From Hydrolagus affinis (lineage: Eukaryota): a stretch of 62,802 bases of DNA. The position numbers and the translations under genes are program-made. The stretch is from NCBI GenBank assembly GCA_012026655.1, contig JAAILG010001708.1, forward strand, positions 1 to 62,802, read 5' to 3'. The stretch's first letter is position 1, and every line of letters starts with the position of its first letter. Positions 1 to 13,345 of the stretch are shown piece after piece. The notes beneath the pieces were generated by a model, which saw only the letters and a program-made list of their open reading frames with translations, made no database searches and was not told the DNA's origin.

Positions 1-150
1 GACGAGGAGAGAGTTTCCATAGTCGAGCCTCGAGGTGATGTACGCGTGCACGAGTGTTTCGGCAGCGCGGGGGGTGAGGTAGTTGCGGAGTCTGGCAATA
101 TTACGCAGGTGGAAATAAGCGTTGCCGGTTAAGGCGCGGATGTGGGGTAC
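1..150 (-). mobile_element. L2-clade LINE ORF2 fragment (runs off window start)
   Basis: Minus strand translates without stops to [50 protein letters not shown], the typical post-RT region of L2 ORF2; homologous to 42345-43125. Confidence 0.88.
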
Positions 151-2144
151 GTGTAGAGTATACAATAAACAAGGCTTGTGTGTGTGTACATGTGTGCGCG
201 GATGTAGTACGCATATTAAATTACTTTCATCATCGTCAAGCCCAAGTACAGCAGGTCTGGCCCATTGACCCATTACAAATGCACACATGCCTCAGTGCAG
301 AGGAAATCTGTTATTGAAAAGAGTCATTCATCACATCTGGATAGCCTACGCAAACCTTATGTGCTTTTCTGCAGCTTGGTCATCTGGGCAGGTGATTTCA
401 AAGGCTTTTCCTTTAGAAAAGTTTCCTGTAACATCAGGTTTAAAAGCCACACATCTCTTTTTCAGAAATGACCCAGAGTCAGAAATGTTGGCATTGGAAG
501 TTTCATCTTGTTAGCATTAAGCTGCGCCATTATTTATGTGTGTTGGCTTTCACTTCTGGTTGTATATTGCTAAAATTACATCATTGGCATTCGGTTCAGC
601 CATTATTAGTGAATCAGGCATCCAGTGCCATGGTAAATAGGCCAAATTTACCCATAGTTTGCTGGGGCAAAAGTGCTGTGGTCCAGAACATGTAAACAGT
701 TGTCCAATGTGGAATTAACCACCGTGGTGAGAGGCAAGTGAAATCACGATGAGATGCCTTTATACTGTACATTCTCGGGAATATGTCAGTGTTCCATAAT
801 CTCACAATTCCCCTATATTCTTCCTATAAACCATTCGATACTAGGAAGCTGTAATCTCACCTACTGCATTAACCGTTCTGCATTAAGAGCACTCTCTTTG
901 ATCTTTGCTTTGACCGTGGGTTGGATTAACTCAAGAGTTACTTTTTGTTGAGGTAAATCCGTATGTCAGTCCATTGCCGCAATTTGTAAAATTGGCAAGT
1001 CCAATATTTTGTAGCCTAGAATTGGACCCAACAATCATTATGGAGTCAACAGGGGAAGGGAAGGGGGCGGGTCCAAATGTGGGGATAATGCTTAGTAAAT
1101 AATACCAATATTTAACACATCACAAGTGGCAATTTGGAAATGTTACTATCAGGGCGATAGATATGGGTTCTGCATCTACTGGGAGCTTTTTTTGTCTGGT
1201 GTAACAATGTGCGGAATTCTCCCCTAGGTAACGTAACAACAACAATTTGCATTCATATAGGCCCATCAGCGACTAGGAATGCATTTATCACTAGAATATA
1301 CAGTTAACTCATTTGAGGTTAGAAATTAAATTGTCTTCTCTCCCTCACTTCCCTCCCATATGTCTCCTGGCCGCCCAATCTTTTTCTCCCCCCCACAATG
1401 AGAACAAGTTAAGCCCTGCAATTCTCGCCTCTCGCCTTTAGGCCTTTTCGTTCCCACAGTCATTTCCGAAACTCCATACATTGTTAATTTCTTCATTCTC
1501 CTTCTGAAATTCCCAACTGATTGTATCAGTCTGCCAGGCTTGTGTGAAGCTGAGATGCTAACAAGATAATTGCAAGTTGTGTGGTCCTCGGTTGGAAGCA
1601 GAAGTCTTGATGAACGTAGTGACAGGATCCATGGAGTGAGGCACATATCATGTCTTAATCATAAACTTTCCGATGAAGGAAGCCTGCGTTCTGTGGCTTG
1701 TGGTTGTATTGCCCTTACTTTATTGAACAAGAAGATCTTGTTTTTGATTGGGGCTCGGTACACTGCAAGAGAATCTCAGGCAATTAAACATATTTTTCAC
1801 GTTATATTCCAAGCTCACCCCCACCTCCCATTCCCACTTCTGTACACATCCTACAGAACTTAACTTACAATATATGCCATTCACTGTGCCAGCATGAAAA
1901 TCCCTAAATCCTTCATCATTTGCCCATTCGGAGTATCAGCTCTATATATTTGTTCCATATTTGAGGCACTTTTACGCCCTTACGGACCGTTAATTGGACT
2001 CAAACTGTCCAAACTCATTTCACTTGAAACCTCAGGCAAGTAAAGACATTCACATTCCCTCTGTCTGGAACTGATTCAAGCCCATGCTTCCTCTATTTCA
2101 CATAAAGTCTATATTTTTCTAATTCTATATTTTTTATAGTGTCG

Positions 2145-3090
2145 GTTAGATGTCCCAAGGCACTGGACAGTCAGGCATTTGGGCCGGAGCTGGGGTTGTG
2201 ATCAGGGAGGGTGGAGGGTGGCCGAAAGCTCGGTCGAAAAGGAGGGTTTTGAGACATGCCTTGAAGGAGGCAAGAGACGGAGTGAGGCAAAGGGACTGAA
2301 TGTGAGAAGGAGTTTCATAGTTTCGTCCACAAATATACAGTCAATTCGTTTTACAGTATATTTTGTGAAGCACTTTGAGATGTTGATAAGATGTGAAAAG
2401 TGCTCTATCAAATGCAAGCATTATTATTATATAGGATGTGGGCAGAAAGACTGAAGGCCTGGGCACTGATGGAGGACGGGCCGAGTAGGGAATGTGGAGC
2501 AGGGCAGAGCTTGATGAGCGGAGGCAGTGGACAGGTTGATATGGGGTGAGCAGGTTGCAGAAGTAGGGAGGTGCAAGCCCATGGAGGGCCTTGAAAGCGA
2601 GGACAAGGAATTTGAACTCTATCCTCTGGGGGATGGGGAGCCGGTGGAGCCGGGAGAGGATGGTGGGGGTGATGGGGTCACGGAGTCTGGTGAAGGAGAG
2701 GACATGAGCTGCAGAGTTCCGGATGATCTGGAGCTTGTGAAGGCCGATGAGGAGGGAGTTTCCATAGTGGAGCCTTGGTGTGACGAATGCAGAGCAGGTC
2801 ATGGCACAGATGTGGGGTAGAGAAGACAGTTGAGGGTCAAACAAGAGGCCAAGGTTCCAGACTGGCTCTGTGAGGTGGAGTGTGCATCCATGGATGGCGA
2901 TGCTGTCAGTGCCAATCAGGAGTTGCCTCGGTCTTGTTGACGTTCAACTTTAGAAAGTTAGCTCTCATCCAGGACTTGATGGCTGACAGACATTCTGTCA
3001 GGACAGCGGTGGTCCTGGAGTCGAGGGTAGTCTCAAAGAGATATATGTGATTTGCATACATAGGCTGGATGTGATCTGCATACACAGGCA
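2145..3090 (-). mobile_element. Decayed L2-clade LINE 3' fragment, interrupted by a SINE tail
   Basis: ORFs 2341-2844 (RLHYGNSLL...LHRLPIPQRIEFKFLVLAFKALHGLAPPY) and 2906-3091 (YAD..., CLSAIKSWMRANFLKLNVNKTE) match L2 RT C-terminal motifs; frameshifted. Confidence 0.88.
2321..2430 (+). mobile_element. Young SINE 3' fragment nested in L2
   Basis: cacaaatatacagtcaattc...aaatgcaagcattattattat matches the SINE tail; flanked by a short atag duplication. Confidence 0.85.
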
Positions 3091-3094
3091 CAGC

Positions 3095-3385
3095 TCTTCA
3101 TCACGACGTTGAGTCATCTCAAGGCACTTCACAAATAATATTATAAAGTGTGCTTTTTGTGGGTGAAACGCACATTGCGCCGAGTGGTGTCCCACCAGCA
3201 GTCGTGGATATTTTTTTGGAGGGACCATAACATTTGGAAATGCATCCACCAATCGACAGGCAGATGGGTTCCTCTTTGCCGCCAGGGGTGGAGTTTGGGA
3301 AACCTGCTTAAGGTTTTGCCCTGGCCAGAAATTGAACCGGGATCCTCTCTCTTGTGAGGTGAGCGCACTAACCATTCAGCTACTC
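3095..3385 (-). mobile_element. Diverged tRNA-head SINE
   Basis: Reverse-strand head gtagctgaatggttagtgcgctc...ggttcaattt plus a partial tail. Confidence 0.7.
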
Positions 3386-4714
3386 GACAGAAAACTCTGA
3401 ATGACAAAGTTTTCAATGAGCGATTATTGTTGCTATCTCGCCAGTTTGGTGTATTGATGTACAATGTACTACTGTATTGAATTTGCAGTCTAATAGAATT
3501 CAAGGGGGCAAGTCAGATCAAAATGCTTTTCCCTCCATCCTTATTCACAGCTGTCGCTAGACCGCCTGCTCAACGGAGGGATCAGTCATACCAGAGAATT
3601 CTACCATCAGAAATAGATCGCAGAGTTAGATGCCCTTTCTCTCTTGTGGGTGTCACGGAATAACATCTTACTTTAATATTTTTGCCTTCTATCTTCCCAG
3701 TATCGTTCGCTGGTTGAGGTGTCTTACGAGAAAGGGCTTGGGGAATGATTACAAGCTTGCCGAGCCTGTCACCCGTAGGCCGTTTCAATCCCCAGCTGCT
3801 AGAGTTGACAAATGCTTTCCACGTGTTTTGCGAAGAGGAATGTTGAGTTAGACTGAAAAATCAAAGCTCTAAACAGAAGCTGCTTATATCATTTATGAGC
3901 TCTGAACAACTGAAATGTTTAACGTATCTGTTGCTTATTAACAAGTTCGCACACAAAATATACAGTCAATTCACTTTACAGTATATTCCATTGGGAGGCC
4001 ACAATATCTGAAATCCTAGGATTATTATTGTTATGATGATTTTAGGTCTATTGAGGGGTGGGGAGGAAGTCGATACAATATACGATGTGATAATTATCAT
4101 ATATAAGGGCGGATAAAGAACTCAATTTCATTCAGGATCTCAATCAGTTGTATTGTCACGAAGACCAGTAAAAAATACTATCTGTAGTGAAGCTGAAAAT
4201 TAACATTTTCTATTTCGTTGTGATAGAGCTCTTTCTCTCAGAATAATAATAATAATCCTTGCATCTGATATAGCGCTTTTCACATTTTATTGACATCTCA
4301 ATAGAATAGAACCGTACCCTTCAAATCATTCCCATTGCTGAGTTTCGTTACTTTGAATTTCAGTTGTGGAAAGAAGGACTCAGTTATATCGGTCAGTCAG
4401 TTTAGAAGAGATTAAATTTGAATATATTTATCTTAAAACAATTTTTTTTAAAAGCTTTTTTATATGGTGCTGAATAAAGATTATTTTATCATATTATGCT
4501 CCGTTAACACCGTCCACAATAAAAGAACAACTGTACCCCCAACGGTTAAGTCTATAATATAAAGGATATGAAATTTCAGAGGCTTTACCATGTTGGCGTG
4601 AAAACTGAACAAGTACCATATCGATTCATAGTTGGTAGAAGTTTATTTTTTAAAAAGAAGTGAAAAATGCCATGCTTCATAACAGATTAGTACTGTAGTA
4701 AGAAAATTCAACAA

Positions 4715-4841
4715 GGTCTTGCATTTCAGAATTTGGCAAATTCTTAAATACCAACTTTCATTCTGAAGCTGTTTTTTTCTGAGAAACAGCTTTCGAGTTA
4801 AGACTGAATTCAACAATTTGCCAAATTCTGAACACAACACC
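4715..4841. repeat. Decayed palindromic element (MITE-like relic)
   Basis: Perfect 18-bp inverted repeat ttcagaatttggcaaatt (4725-4742) / aatttgccaaattctgaa (4815-4832), with a concentric inner pair aagctgttt / aaacagctt. Confidence 0.65.
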
Positions 4842-5919
4842 AACTTATTTAGATAGCGTCCCTCACACATGTGTAACAGCCTCTCAGAGCACATGACAAT
4901 GGCGGAGCACAAATAATAATTATAATAATAATCCTGCATTTGATATAAATGGACTAGGTCTAGACTTAGACCCAGAAGTTGGAAGAGGTGCAAGTTCTCT
5001 CCATGTATTGATGGGATAATTGCCACATTTGATCAATTATAAATCATTGCATTTTTTACCCCATAATTTCTTAACATTTGCACCAGTTCAAGCTGCACAA
5101 ACAGTGCTTTTTTGAACGAGAATAACAAAGGTTAAAATCAGGCAACTATTCTTCAAGGCTAATACTATACGATACTTAGATGTCCCAGCCGCCAGATAGA
5201 CAGGCTTGTCTGGGTAAGGAGAGTGATGAACTATGTGTTAAATTCTGGCTTTGACACAAAGGCAGTTTGTTCTGGTACAATTACAGTTTCCAGTCCGTTG
5301 TATTGGTGCAACTTCTGCTTATTCTGGGATCTGTATTTGTTGTGCTGGATTTTCTCCATGTACTGTATATATATTTTATTTGCCTCCGAATATTTTGAAA
5401 GGACAGAGGAAAAAGAGCATCATTTTTTTCGAGAAATTAGTAAAATAAAGCTGATTCCACATGTTATTTTGCGCTAAACTGATCAGCAGCAATTCCCAGG
5501 AACTGTGCAACACGGCTCACCCAAATCAAAGCGTGCAAATAAAAATGAGGCTGTTTTGGTACATTTGTAGTTTGATGCTGTGTTGGTGCCTGGTCCCCTG
5601 ACCTGATGGTGGGGATCCAGAAGGCTGATGCATGAGGAGCGTTATGTAAACGCAAGTCGTTGTTGCTTTTATTGCTGTTATTGGAAAAACTGGAAGCTCT
5701 GCAGAGAGATACCTACCTGACAGTTCTTTTCATCTTTAATATCCGACGAAAGGAAAAATAAATCAAGAGTGTGTGCGTTAGCAGGGTGGCTCATTTAGTT
5801 ATTCTTCCACATGTATTTCCCACCTTAGTGCTGTATCTGTTTTGCTGCACATCTCTTCCCTACACTGTTACTCTGGGTAAATCTCTTCCTGCACTAAAGA
5901 CATTCTATCTGCTTTGTTT

Positions 5920-6180
5920 AACAATAACAACAACAACAAAATTACATTTCTAGAGCGCCTTTCACATCGGGAGGACGACCCAAGGCACTAAACAGTCAGG
6001 TCAGAACCCGAGCAAGGGATAGGAGCAGGGTAGGGGGAAGGGGAGGGAGAGAGTTAGGAGAGGGAGAGAGTTGGGAGGGCAGCAAAAGGCACGGTCAAAG
6101 AGGAGGGTCTCGAGACCGGCCTTGAAGGAGGCGAGGGAGGGAGCGAGGCAAAGGGACTGTGGGATGGAGTTCCAGAGGCA
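5920..6180 (-). mobile_element. L2-clade LINE 3' end
   Basis: (AAC)n tail on the + strand, stem-loop tail motif, and reverse-frame LWNSIPQSL...SLASFKAGLETLLF. Confidence 0.88.
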
Positions 6181-6396
6181 GAGAGGCCCCTGGAATGCTT
6201 TACCAGGGAAGATTTTGTTGGCTAGGACAACAACAACTTGGTTTTGTATAGCCCCCGCCACACAGAGCGTCCCAGGACTCATTCAAGAAAGAACCTGATA
6301 TTGTGAAGGGTAGGCAGTAGGATGATTATCTAAATGTCAGTTTCCCTACCTGTCGATTGCTCCATTTGCAATGCTGTCCCACTGGCCTATTAATTT

Positions 6397-6780
6397 GGGC
6401 CTTTAGCTCAGTGGTTAGACCACTTACCTTGAGAGGACCTGGGTTTGATTCCCATGCAGGGCCAAAATGTTCTTACTCCACATGCCGTAACAAACGGTTA
6501 CGTACTAGCAGTAAGTAGGAACTCAGTTGTTAGTCAATTGATGGATCGCTTTTCCGGGGTTTATTTCCTTCAAAATAATGTTTTAAATGATAATAATTTG
6601 GTCACTCAATCCACGACGGTTTGTGGGACACTGTTGTGTACATTCGGCTGCCACAATTTTCCCACAGGATATACAGTCACTACACTTTACGGTATATTCT
6701 GTGAAGGGCTTTGAGACATCTCGAAGACGTGATAAGGCACTATATCAAACGCAAGGATTATTATTACATTACTATTATCA
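6397..6780 (+). mobile_element. Full-length SINE, long subfamily with an extra central segment
   Basis: A-box tagctcagtggt, B-box-like gggtttgattccc, central cagtaagtaggaactcagttgttagtc, (ATT) tail. Confidence 0.85.
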
Positions 6781-6950
6781 ATAATTTATATGTAACGCAG
6801 AACCTGCAAATTAATTTTTATGCAACTTCCTCTACATGTCTTTTATTCTACAGCATATGCAAATGTCCTTCACAATGCACAATGCACCAACACTCCTCTA
6901 CTCTGTAGCTTGTGGTTTCTTCCCTATTACTTTGCATGCTACATCCTCTT

Positions 6951-7405
6951 AACAACAACAACAAAAATTTCACTTATATAGCTCCTTTCACATCGGGAGG
7001 ACGTCCCAAAGCGCTGAACAGTCTGGTCAGGACCCGAGTGGGGGGGATGGGGGATGGGGGAGGGTCAAAGTAGGGGGAAGGGGAAGGAGAGTGGGAGCGG
7101 GGGAAGAGTTAGTGGGGCAGCCGAAGGCGCAGTCGAAGAGGAAGGTCTTCAGACCGGCCTTGAAGGAGGAAAGGGAGGAAGCGAGGCAGAGGGGCTGCGG
7201 GATGGAGTTCCACAGTGTGGGAGCAAAGAGGCTGAAAGCCCGGCCACTGATGGTTGGGGGGTTAGGGCAGTGGACACGGAGCAGGCCTGAGTCTGCTGAA
7301 CGGAGGGAGCGCGCAGGCTGGTAGGGAGACTGTAGGTCAGAGAGATAGGTGGGGGCAAGGCCGTGAATGGCTTTGAAAATGAGGACGAGGATCTTGAATT
7401 CAGTC
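6951..7405 (-). mobile_element. L2-clade LINE 3' end
   Basis: (AAC)n tail and high similarity to 36015-36430 and 42700-43125. Confidence 0.9.
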
Positions 7406-8580
7406 CACTATGTGATCGTTGTCACTGCCTGTACTTCCAACCTCCCCGTTTATTCCCTGTATAATATCGCAGCCAGATTTCACAGTAACAGCCTTTTGCC
7501 TCCACCTTCCAATTCCTCGTACACTTTTTCGGGGTGGAGGGGGGGTGGGGGGGAGTGGTGGGGACATTAAGCTTTTTCGAAAATGTAAATTACAAAGTGG
7601 GGAAGAAAAAAGAGAGTGAAAGAACGATAGCAAACGCACTTATACAGTATTATCATACAGCATATGACACCTACACCATGAAACAAATATAGATACCACA
7701 TGCATACATTTTTGTTGTGGGAAACTATAAAACATGCAAGATGTGCAAAGCTGTTTTTTTTCCAAGGGGACTTAATGTTGTGAAACGGGATTTAACCTTT
7801 TCAGCCTCCTTCTAAGTCTGGGGACTTAACTTTTTAAAATCCCAGCAAGAAATTGCAAGTCCAATAAATGTTGTGCAGCTGGTGTGTTGTTCCCTCGCTG
7901 TGCTCAGCTGTTGATGTAACGTGGACGTATGTGAATGACACAGGGCAAAGGGAGTTAACATCGCAGGCATCTGCTGACAGTGTGTAGCATCTCTCCAACA
8001 AAACCAAGGTCACCGTCCTGCCAGCAACAAAAATACACCACCTCCGCACAGCAAGGCAAGCTGTCCTTGAAAATGTTAACGTAGGAGCTCCCTTGCATAT
8101 ACACTATTTATTTCTTTTTCAATGGATTGCTGGCGTATTTATGGTTCAGCTGAGGATTAATGACTGTTGCTCAATGGTTTAGGTAGAGATGCGCTGACAT
8201 TACCCCCAAGTCAAGGAACCAGATATTTGGCAGCTAGTATTAAACAAGGTACATTTTGTTTTCAATACCACCGTCGTAACTTCGATATGTTTCGGTTGGT
8301 CTTTTACTTTATGAGAAAAATCGATTAAGCTTTGAATTCCCTTCAGCTTAGAGTGTTTGTATAGACTTGAGTTATATCACACGAGGGATTTGGATTTTCT
8401 CATGTGGCCAGTTTTGAATCTTGGCTATTGTATTAGGAGAATGTGCCAATAGGACTGAATATCTGTGTTATGATAATACTTGCATTAGACATAGAGCGAT
8501 TCACATCAGGAGGATGCCTTCAAATGCTTCAGAGCTTCACTGGAAAGTGTAATAACTGTATGCAGTATTTTGTAATAACG

Positions 8581-8950
8581 CTAATAATCCTTGCATTTGA
8601 TAAAGTGCTTTGTGACGTCTTCTAGAAGTCTCAAAGCGCTTCACAGAATATACTGTAAAGTGAATTGACTGTATATTTTGTGGGCGAAACGCGGCAGCCA
8701 ATTGAGCACAGCAGCGTCCCCCACAAACAGCCGTGGATTGAAGTGACCAATTTATTAGTGTTATTTTTTTTGAAGGCATTATTAGCCCCATAAAAGTGAT
8801 CTGCCAAATCAACTAACAATCAGGTGCCTACTTACTGCTGGGTAAATAGAGACGTGTGGAGTAAGGAATCCTGCCCAACATTTCACCTGCCAGGAATCGA
8901 ACCCAGGTCTCTTGCTTGCGAGGCGAGCGCTCTAATCACTGAGCTACAGG
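8581..8950 (-). mobile_element. Full-length SINE, long subfamily
   Basis: Reverse strand: gtcctgtagctcagtgattagagcgc...gggttcgattcc head, central cccagcagtaagtaggcacctg, standard tail. Confidence 0.9.
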
Positions 8951-8959
8951 ACACATTGT

Positions 8960-9375
8960 ACAACAACAACAATATTATATTTGTAGAGCGCCTTTCACGT
9001 CGGGAGCTGTTACTGTGGGTGAAATCACATCACATCTCGTTTCGTTACGTCACCTATTATTGCGGGTGAAATGCAGCAGCTAATTTGCACATAGCAATCA
9101 ATGTACCAGAACTAGCGATAGCTAGAAGTGAATAACTGATATTATCAGGAATACTGTTGGTCAGGACATCAGATGTGCTCCCCTTCTCTTTTCAAACACT
9201 GTCCCGGGAGCTGAACAGGAGGCAGAAGAGACATGAGTTTAATTTCTTAATCTGGAGGGCAATAACTCCAACAATGCAGCATACTCCTAACACTGCCCTG
9301 AAGTTTCAGTCCCCACAAGATATGAATTCAACAACCTTCCGACTGAAAACTCACCTATTTCTGATACCTGAACTG
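8960..9375 (-). mobile_element. Old Deu-domain-type SINE
   Basis: Reverse of the ...gcattgttggagttattgccctccagattaag... central domain; similar to 32770-33180 and 40735-41225. Confidence 0.65.
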
Positions 9376-9389
9376 TGTTGGGAAGCGAT

Positions 9390-9505
9390 TAAAAAAAATT
9401 AGGCAGTCGAGTTGGATGAATAATTTGTGACTTTTGCTTGATTGCCTTGATAGATAGCGTGTTGGATGGATCGAATAGTCACTTCTCATTTCTTATGTTC
9501 TTAAA
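9390..9505 (+). mobile_element. CR1 3' tail relic
   Basis: Ends gatggatcgaatagtc...ttcttatgttctt, the same tail as 55690-56010. Confidence 0.55.
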
Positions 9506-9654
9506 TCCTACATTTTCCATGTTGAGATGAAATCGCTTCCATCAACAAGTTATATTACCTTTGACCCAACTACTCCTGTAAAATCATGATTGCCACGCCG
9601 GATGGTTGGCAAAGAGACTGCACGATGAATCAATCAGCGCACTCTTAAGGGCGC

Positions 9655-9682
9655 AAACAAGCAAACAAACAAACAAACAAAC
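9655..9682. repeat. (AAAC)n microsatellite
   Basis: Direct reading. Confidence 0.9.
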
Positions 9683-10432
9683 GCAAAGAGATCACAGCTC
9701 TGCAGAGAAGAATTATACATCCATAAAGAACAGCTGAAACTGAGGTAGAATAGTCTCAGTTTAAACCCATAGGACCACAAACGTGTTAAATGAAAATGTG
9801 TTTGATTGCCGTTCGGCTTTCCAAGTGATTATTTACCCCACAGTCGCCTGTAACCTACAATGCTATACTGTACAGCCATTGTGTCACTCGCAAATGTCAC
9901 TCACCGGCTGACCAGTGAGACAGCTTTCAATCCATTTTCAAGACTTCCTTTTTTTACAAGGAGTCAAGTACAGTATTTCTGTCATAAGTTCTGAAGGAAA
10001 TTGAAAATTCATTCAGTGCAGTAGCGTAACAGCATCCGATTATGATATGAAAAGCCAACACACCTTCATGGATTAGACTTGTTTAATTTGTTTATTGTCT
10101 AATTGTCTGATTGTTTATTTAAAAACTCACGATGCAATTCAGTGCCAACTTTTAAGCAACCGCTTTTCATCCTCTGCTCTTTTATATATTGCAATTGGAC
10201 GTCCAGGGGCATTTGCTGCGCCCGAATAAGGTTTACGATTTCCTTCGTAATACACAGCAGATGAAGAAACGCAGTGCACTGTATTTCACTTCTCGTGAAA
10301 GACACGACGATGAATTGAAAGCTGTTGGTGCAGATGCAATCACAGCAGTAAAGGCCAGTGACCGTTTGGAAAAAAAAATCTGCCAAGGAAGTGGGATCCA
10401 CAAAGCCTTGAAATCCAAATTGAATTTCTAGA

Positions 10433-10779
10433 AATAATAATAATAATAATCCTTGCATTTGATACAGCGCTTTTCACATCTTATCGACGTCCGAAAGCGC
10501 TTCACAGAATATACTGTAAAGTGAATTGACTGTATATTTGTGGGCGAATCGCGGAAGCCAATTGCGCACAGCAGTGTCTCCCACAAACAGTCGTGGGATT
10601 GAAATGATCAATTTATTATTGTGGTTTTTTTTGGAGGGATTATTATTAGGTGTGTGGAGTAAGGAAATTTGCCCAAGGTTTGGCCCTGACCTGCCTGGAT
10701 TCGAACACAGGTCTCCCCAGCTTGGTCACCTCCCCAGCTTGCAAGACAAGTGCTCTAACCACTGAGCCTCAGGAGCTCC
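10433..10779 (-). mobile_element. Full-length young SINE
   Basis: Near-consensus body; internal duplication of ctccccagcttg in the head region. Confidence 0.92.
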
Positions 10780-11245
10780 AAATGTGGCAACACTCAGGGA
10801 GGAATCCCAGCGAAGCGCTGAACTCCCAAACCTGGTAGGGTCACACAAGCCTATCCTCCAGCTGGGATTGACTGCTGTCACCGGGTGCCATGGGTTATCT
10901 CGCTGAAGATGGGAGCGCTCGACAGGGTCAGAAGGCGCTCCATCTCAGGGGCAGGGATACAGGAAAGGAACGACTTCTCATCCCCTTTTAAACTGAAGGA
11001 AATCGGGATACGGTTTGTTTCAACGAGGACCTGGCACTCTGACCTTTGACTCGGACCGTGAGCTTCAACTCACTGAGGGCTTTGCTGTAAATGGCTCAGT
11101 CTGTAAATCTTTGTGACTGTCTGTAAAGTCACTTTGTGGAACCTTCAAGCCGCTCTGTGGTCTGGCGAAAGGGAAAATAGGGTAAAATAGCTCAACGATA
11201 CAACGCACCTGTTGAGCAATATTTCTGTGTGCAAACCGGTTTATT

Positions 11246-11425
11246 AGTCAGTCAGTCAGTCAGTCAGTCAGTCAGTCAGACAGACAGACAGACAGAAACA
11301 ACAACAACAACAAAATTAGACTTGTAATAGCGCCTTTCACGTCAGGAGGAAGTCCCAAGGTGCAAATATCAAATGTAAGAATTATTATTATTATTATTAT
11401 TAGTAGTAGTAGTAGTATTATTATT
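11246..11425. repeat. Compound microsatellite (AGTC)n-(AGAC)n-(AAC)n, L2 tail, SINE tail, (ATT)n(AGT)n
   Basis: Direct reading; a minus-strand L2 tail (11297-11362) abuts a plus-strand SINE tail. Confidence 0.85.
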
Positions 11426-13286
11426 ACACAAGAGTTTGATGTTTCTGGACAGAATTCCCAAACTATCACAATCTTTGCACGGGGTACTGATCAAATTCAT
11501 ATGTGTCACGAGTCACAGTTAGTCTGGAGAATCTGGCTCGACTCGGTTGTTTTTAGTTAAGTTATCAGCAGAGAGTGAGAAAAGAGAGATTGCACTGGCT
11601 TTGAATTGTGTTAAAACTCTTGGGAGATTTAAGACCTCAGTTGGCTCGGCCTTAGAAACTTCCATTGCTTGGCTGCAGCAAAGCTACACTAGGAAAGTGG
11701 CTGTGCTAATGCTGCATGTTTGGCTGCAATGTCAGCGACATTGAAACATCTCAGAACCTCAACGATAAAGGGCAGCAGCAACAGCAGCCCTAAATTTAAC
11801 GCTAGGTAGGGATCTGCAATAAAACTCTTCTCAACCAACAGTGTTGGAGATCTAGCCCTGACTTGCTTGTCAAACCGGGTTTCTTCCTGACACCACAATT
11901 CAATTCGCGGCTGAAAACTTTAAACGTTCGGGAAAACAATTAATTCTTGTCAATTAATGAAGCACAACATTTTTCTGCAGTTGTTTGCAGCCCTGTTGAA
12001 AATTCCACCTAAGTCCCAACAACTCCATTTTAATCCTTAATGCCCTTGAACAGATGTCTCGGGGAATGGTTGTGAGAAAATGTGCCGTGGAATTCACAAG
12101 CCTATGGATTTGGCTTGCCTGTGAGCAGAGCCCTCTGATCGCATGTCCAGGCAGAGTCCAGGCATTCTTCCCTGACAACTGTGATGTTTGCGTGGAGATT
12201 CGATGACAGTTGTGAGGGTATCACTCTGGTCTCTTCACACAAGAATCAGATTTGTCATCAGATTCAGAAATCCCAGTGATTTATAGGCTTTCCATTGCTC
12301 TTTCCCTTGATTTTTTTTTGCTCTTTGCATCTCGCCTTCTGTCCTGATGACATTTAGGATTCCACCGTGTTTATTTACTATTCCTGACTACTCCTTTCAC
12401 CCCCTTTCAGTCCACGTCCACCAACACATACAGTGTGCGTATCGCAGCTCCTCCGTACTTGCCTGACAGAATCCGATGTATCTTCCCATTCTCATTCCTA
12501 CTGAATTGGTATTACCATTGAAGGATAAACATTCCCACTCAACTTAGTTATACGAGCGATCAAGAGCTAAATACTAAAATAGTGGATCTATTTTAAATCA
12601 ACATGAATGATCTCTTCAAGGTGGAGGCACTTTATTCTGTCTTTGAACTGTCCGAAGTGACATAAAGGCAATATTTAGCACACTGGATCCTATTTGTGAT
12701 TAACTAATGATAGCAGCAAACCTCTCCATGTTATTGAGGTGGCTGATTTATAATCCCTCCTGAAGGGCGCTATATAAATACAAGTCGTTGTTATTTGTTA
12801 ATGTTTAATTGTTGTTTAATACACACCTATCTGCCTACATGGGACCCTTGTTATTTCCCTGGAATCCTACCTCAAAAACAACAACAACCACAAAATTACA
12901 TTTGTATAGACTCAGGGTGGGATTGGGCCCTGGACTGCTCCATGACCATGACTACTGCGTACTGAACTAAAGTGATTTTGGCACACACCGTGGCAATCGG
13001 ATTAATATACCTTTGCCCTCAGGTGGCAACCAGAATTTTGCTGTTCATTGAGAGGTGACTGCACAAAACTTTGCTGATGTTCCGAGAGCCATTGTGCGAA
13101 AGTAACTGTGAATTTCGTAATTTCATTCGTCGTTCTTAGACAAAATACTGTATATATTTATTTGTGGGTAGAATATGTATTTGCACTCATCTCAAAGAAA
13201 CAACGCCCAAGACAGAAAGGCACAAATGCGACTTGTTATTTTGCAGTTACAGAATGCAACAGACCCGGTCCCTTATGGTGGATTGG

Positions 13287-13306
13287 TTGGGCAAGTTTCC
13301 TTACTG

Positions 13307-13345
<39 letters not shown>

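Noticed and set aside
2341-2844. 167-aa ORF, and similar long ORFs at 16049, 36001, 42346, 42617 and 47967, as host genes
   Set aside because: They are frameshifted L2 ORF2 remnants or their alternative frames.
4154-4509. Possible solo LTR (tgtcacg...aataaa...cgttaaca)
   Set aside because: No target-site duplication and no second copy in the window.
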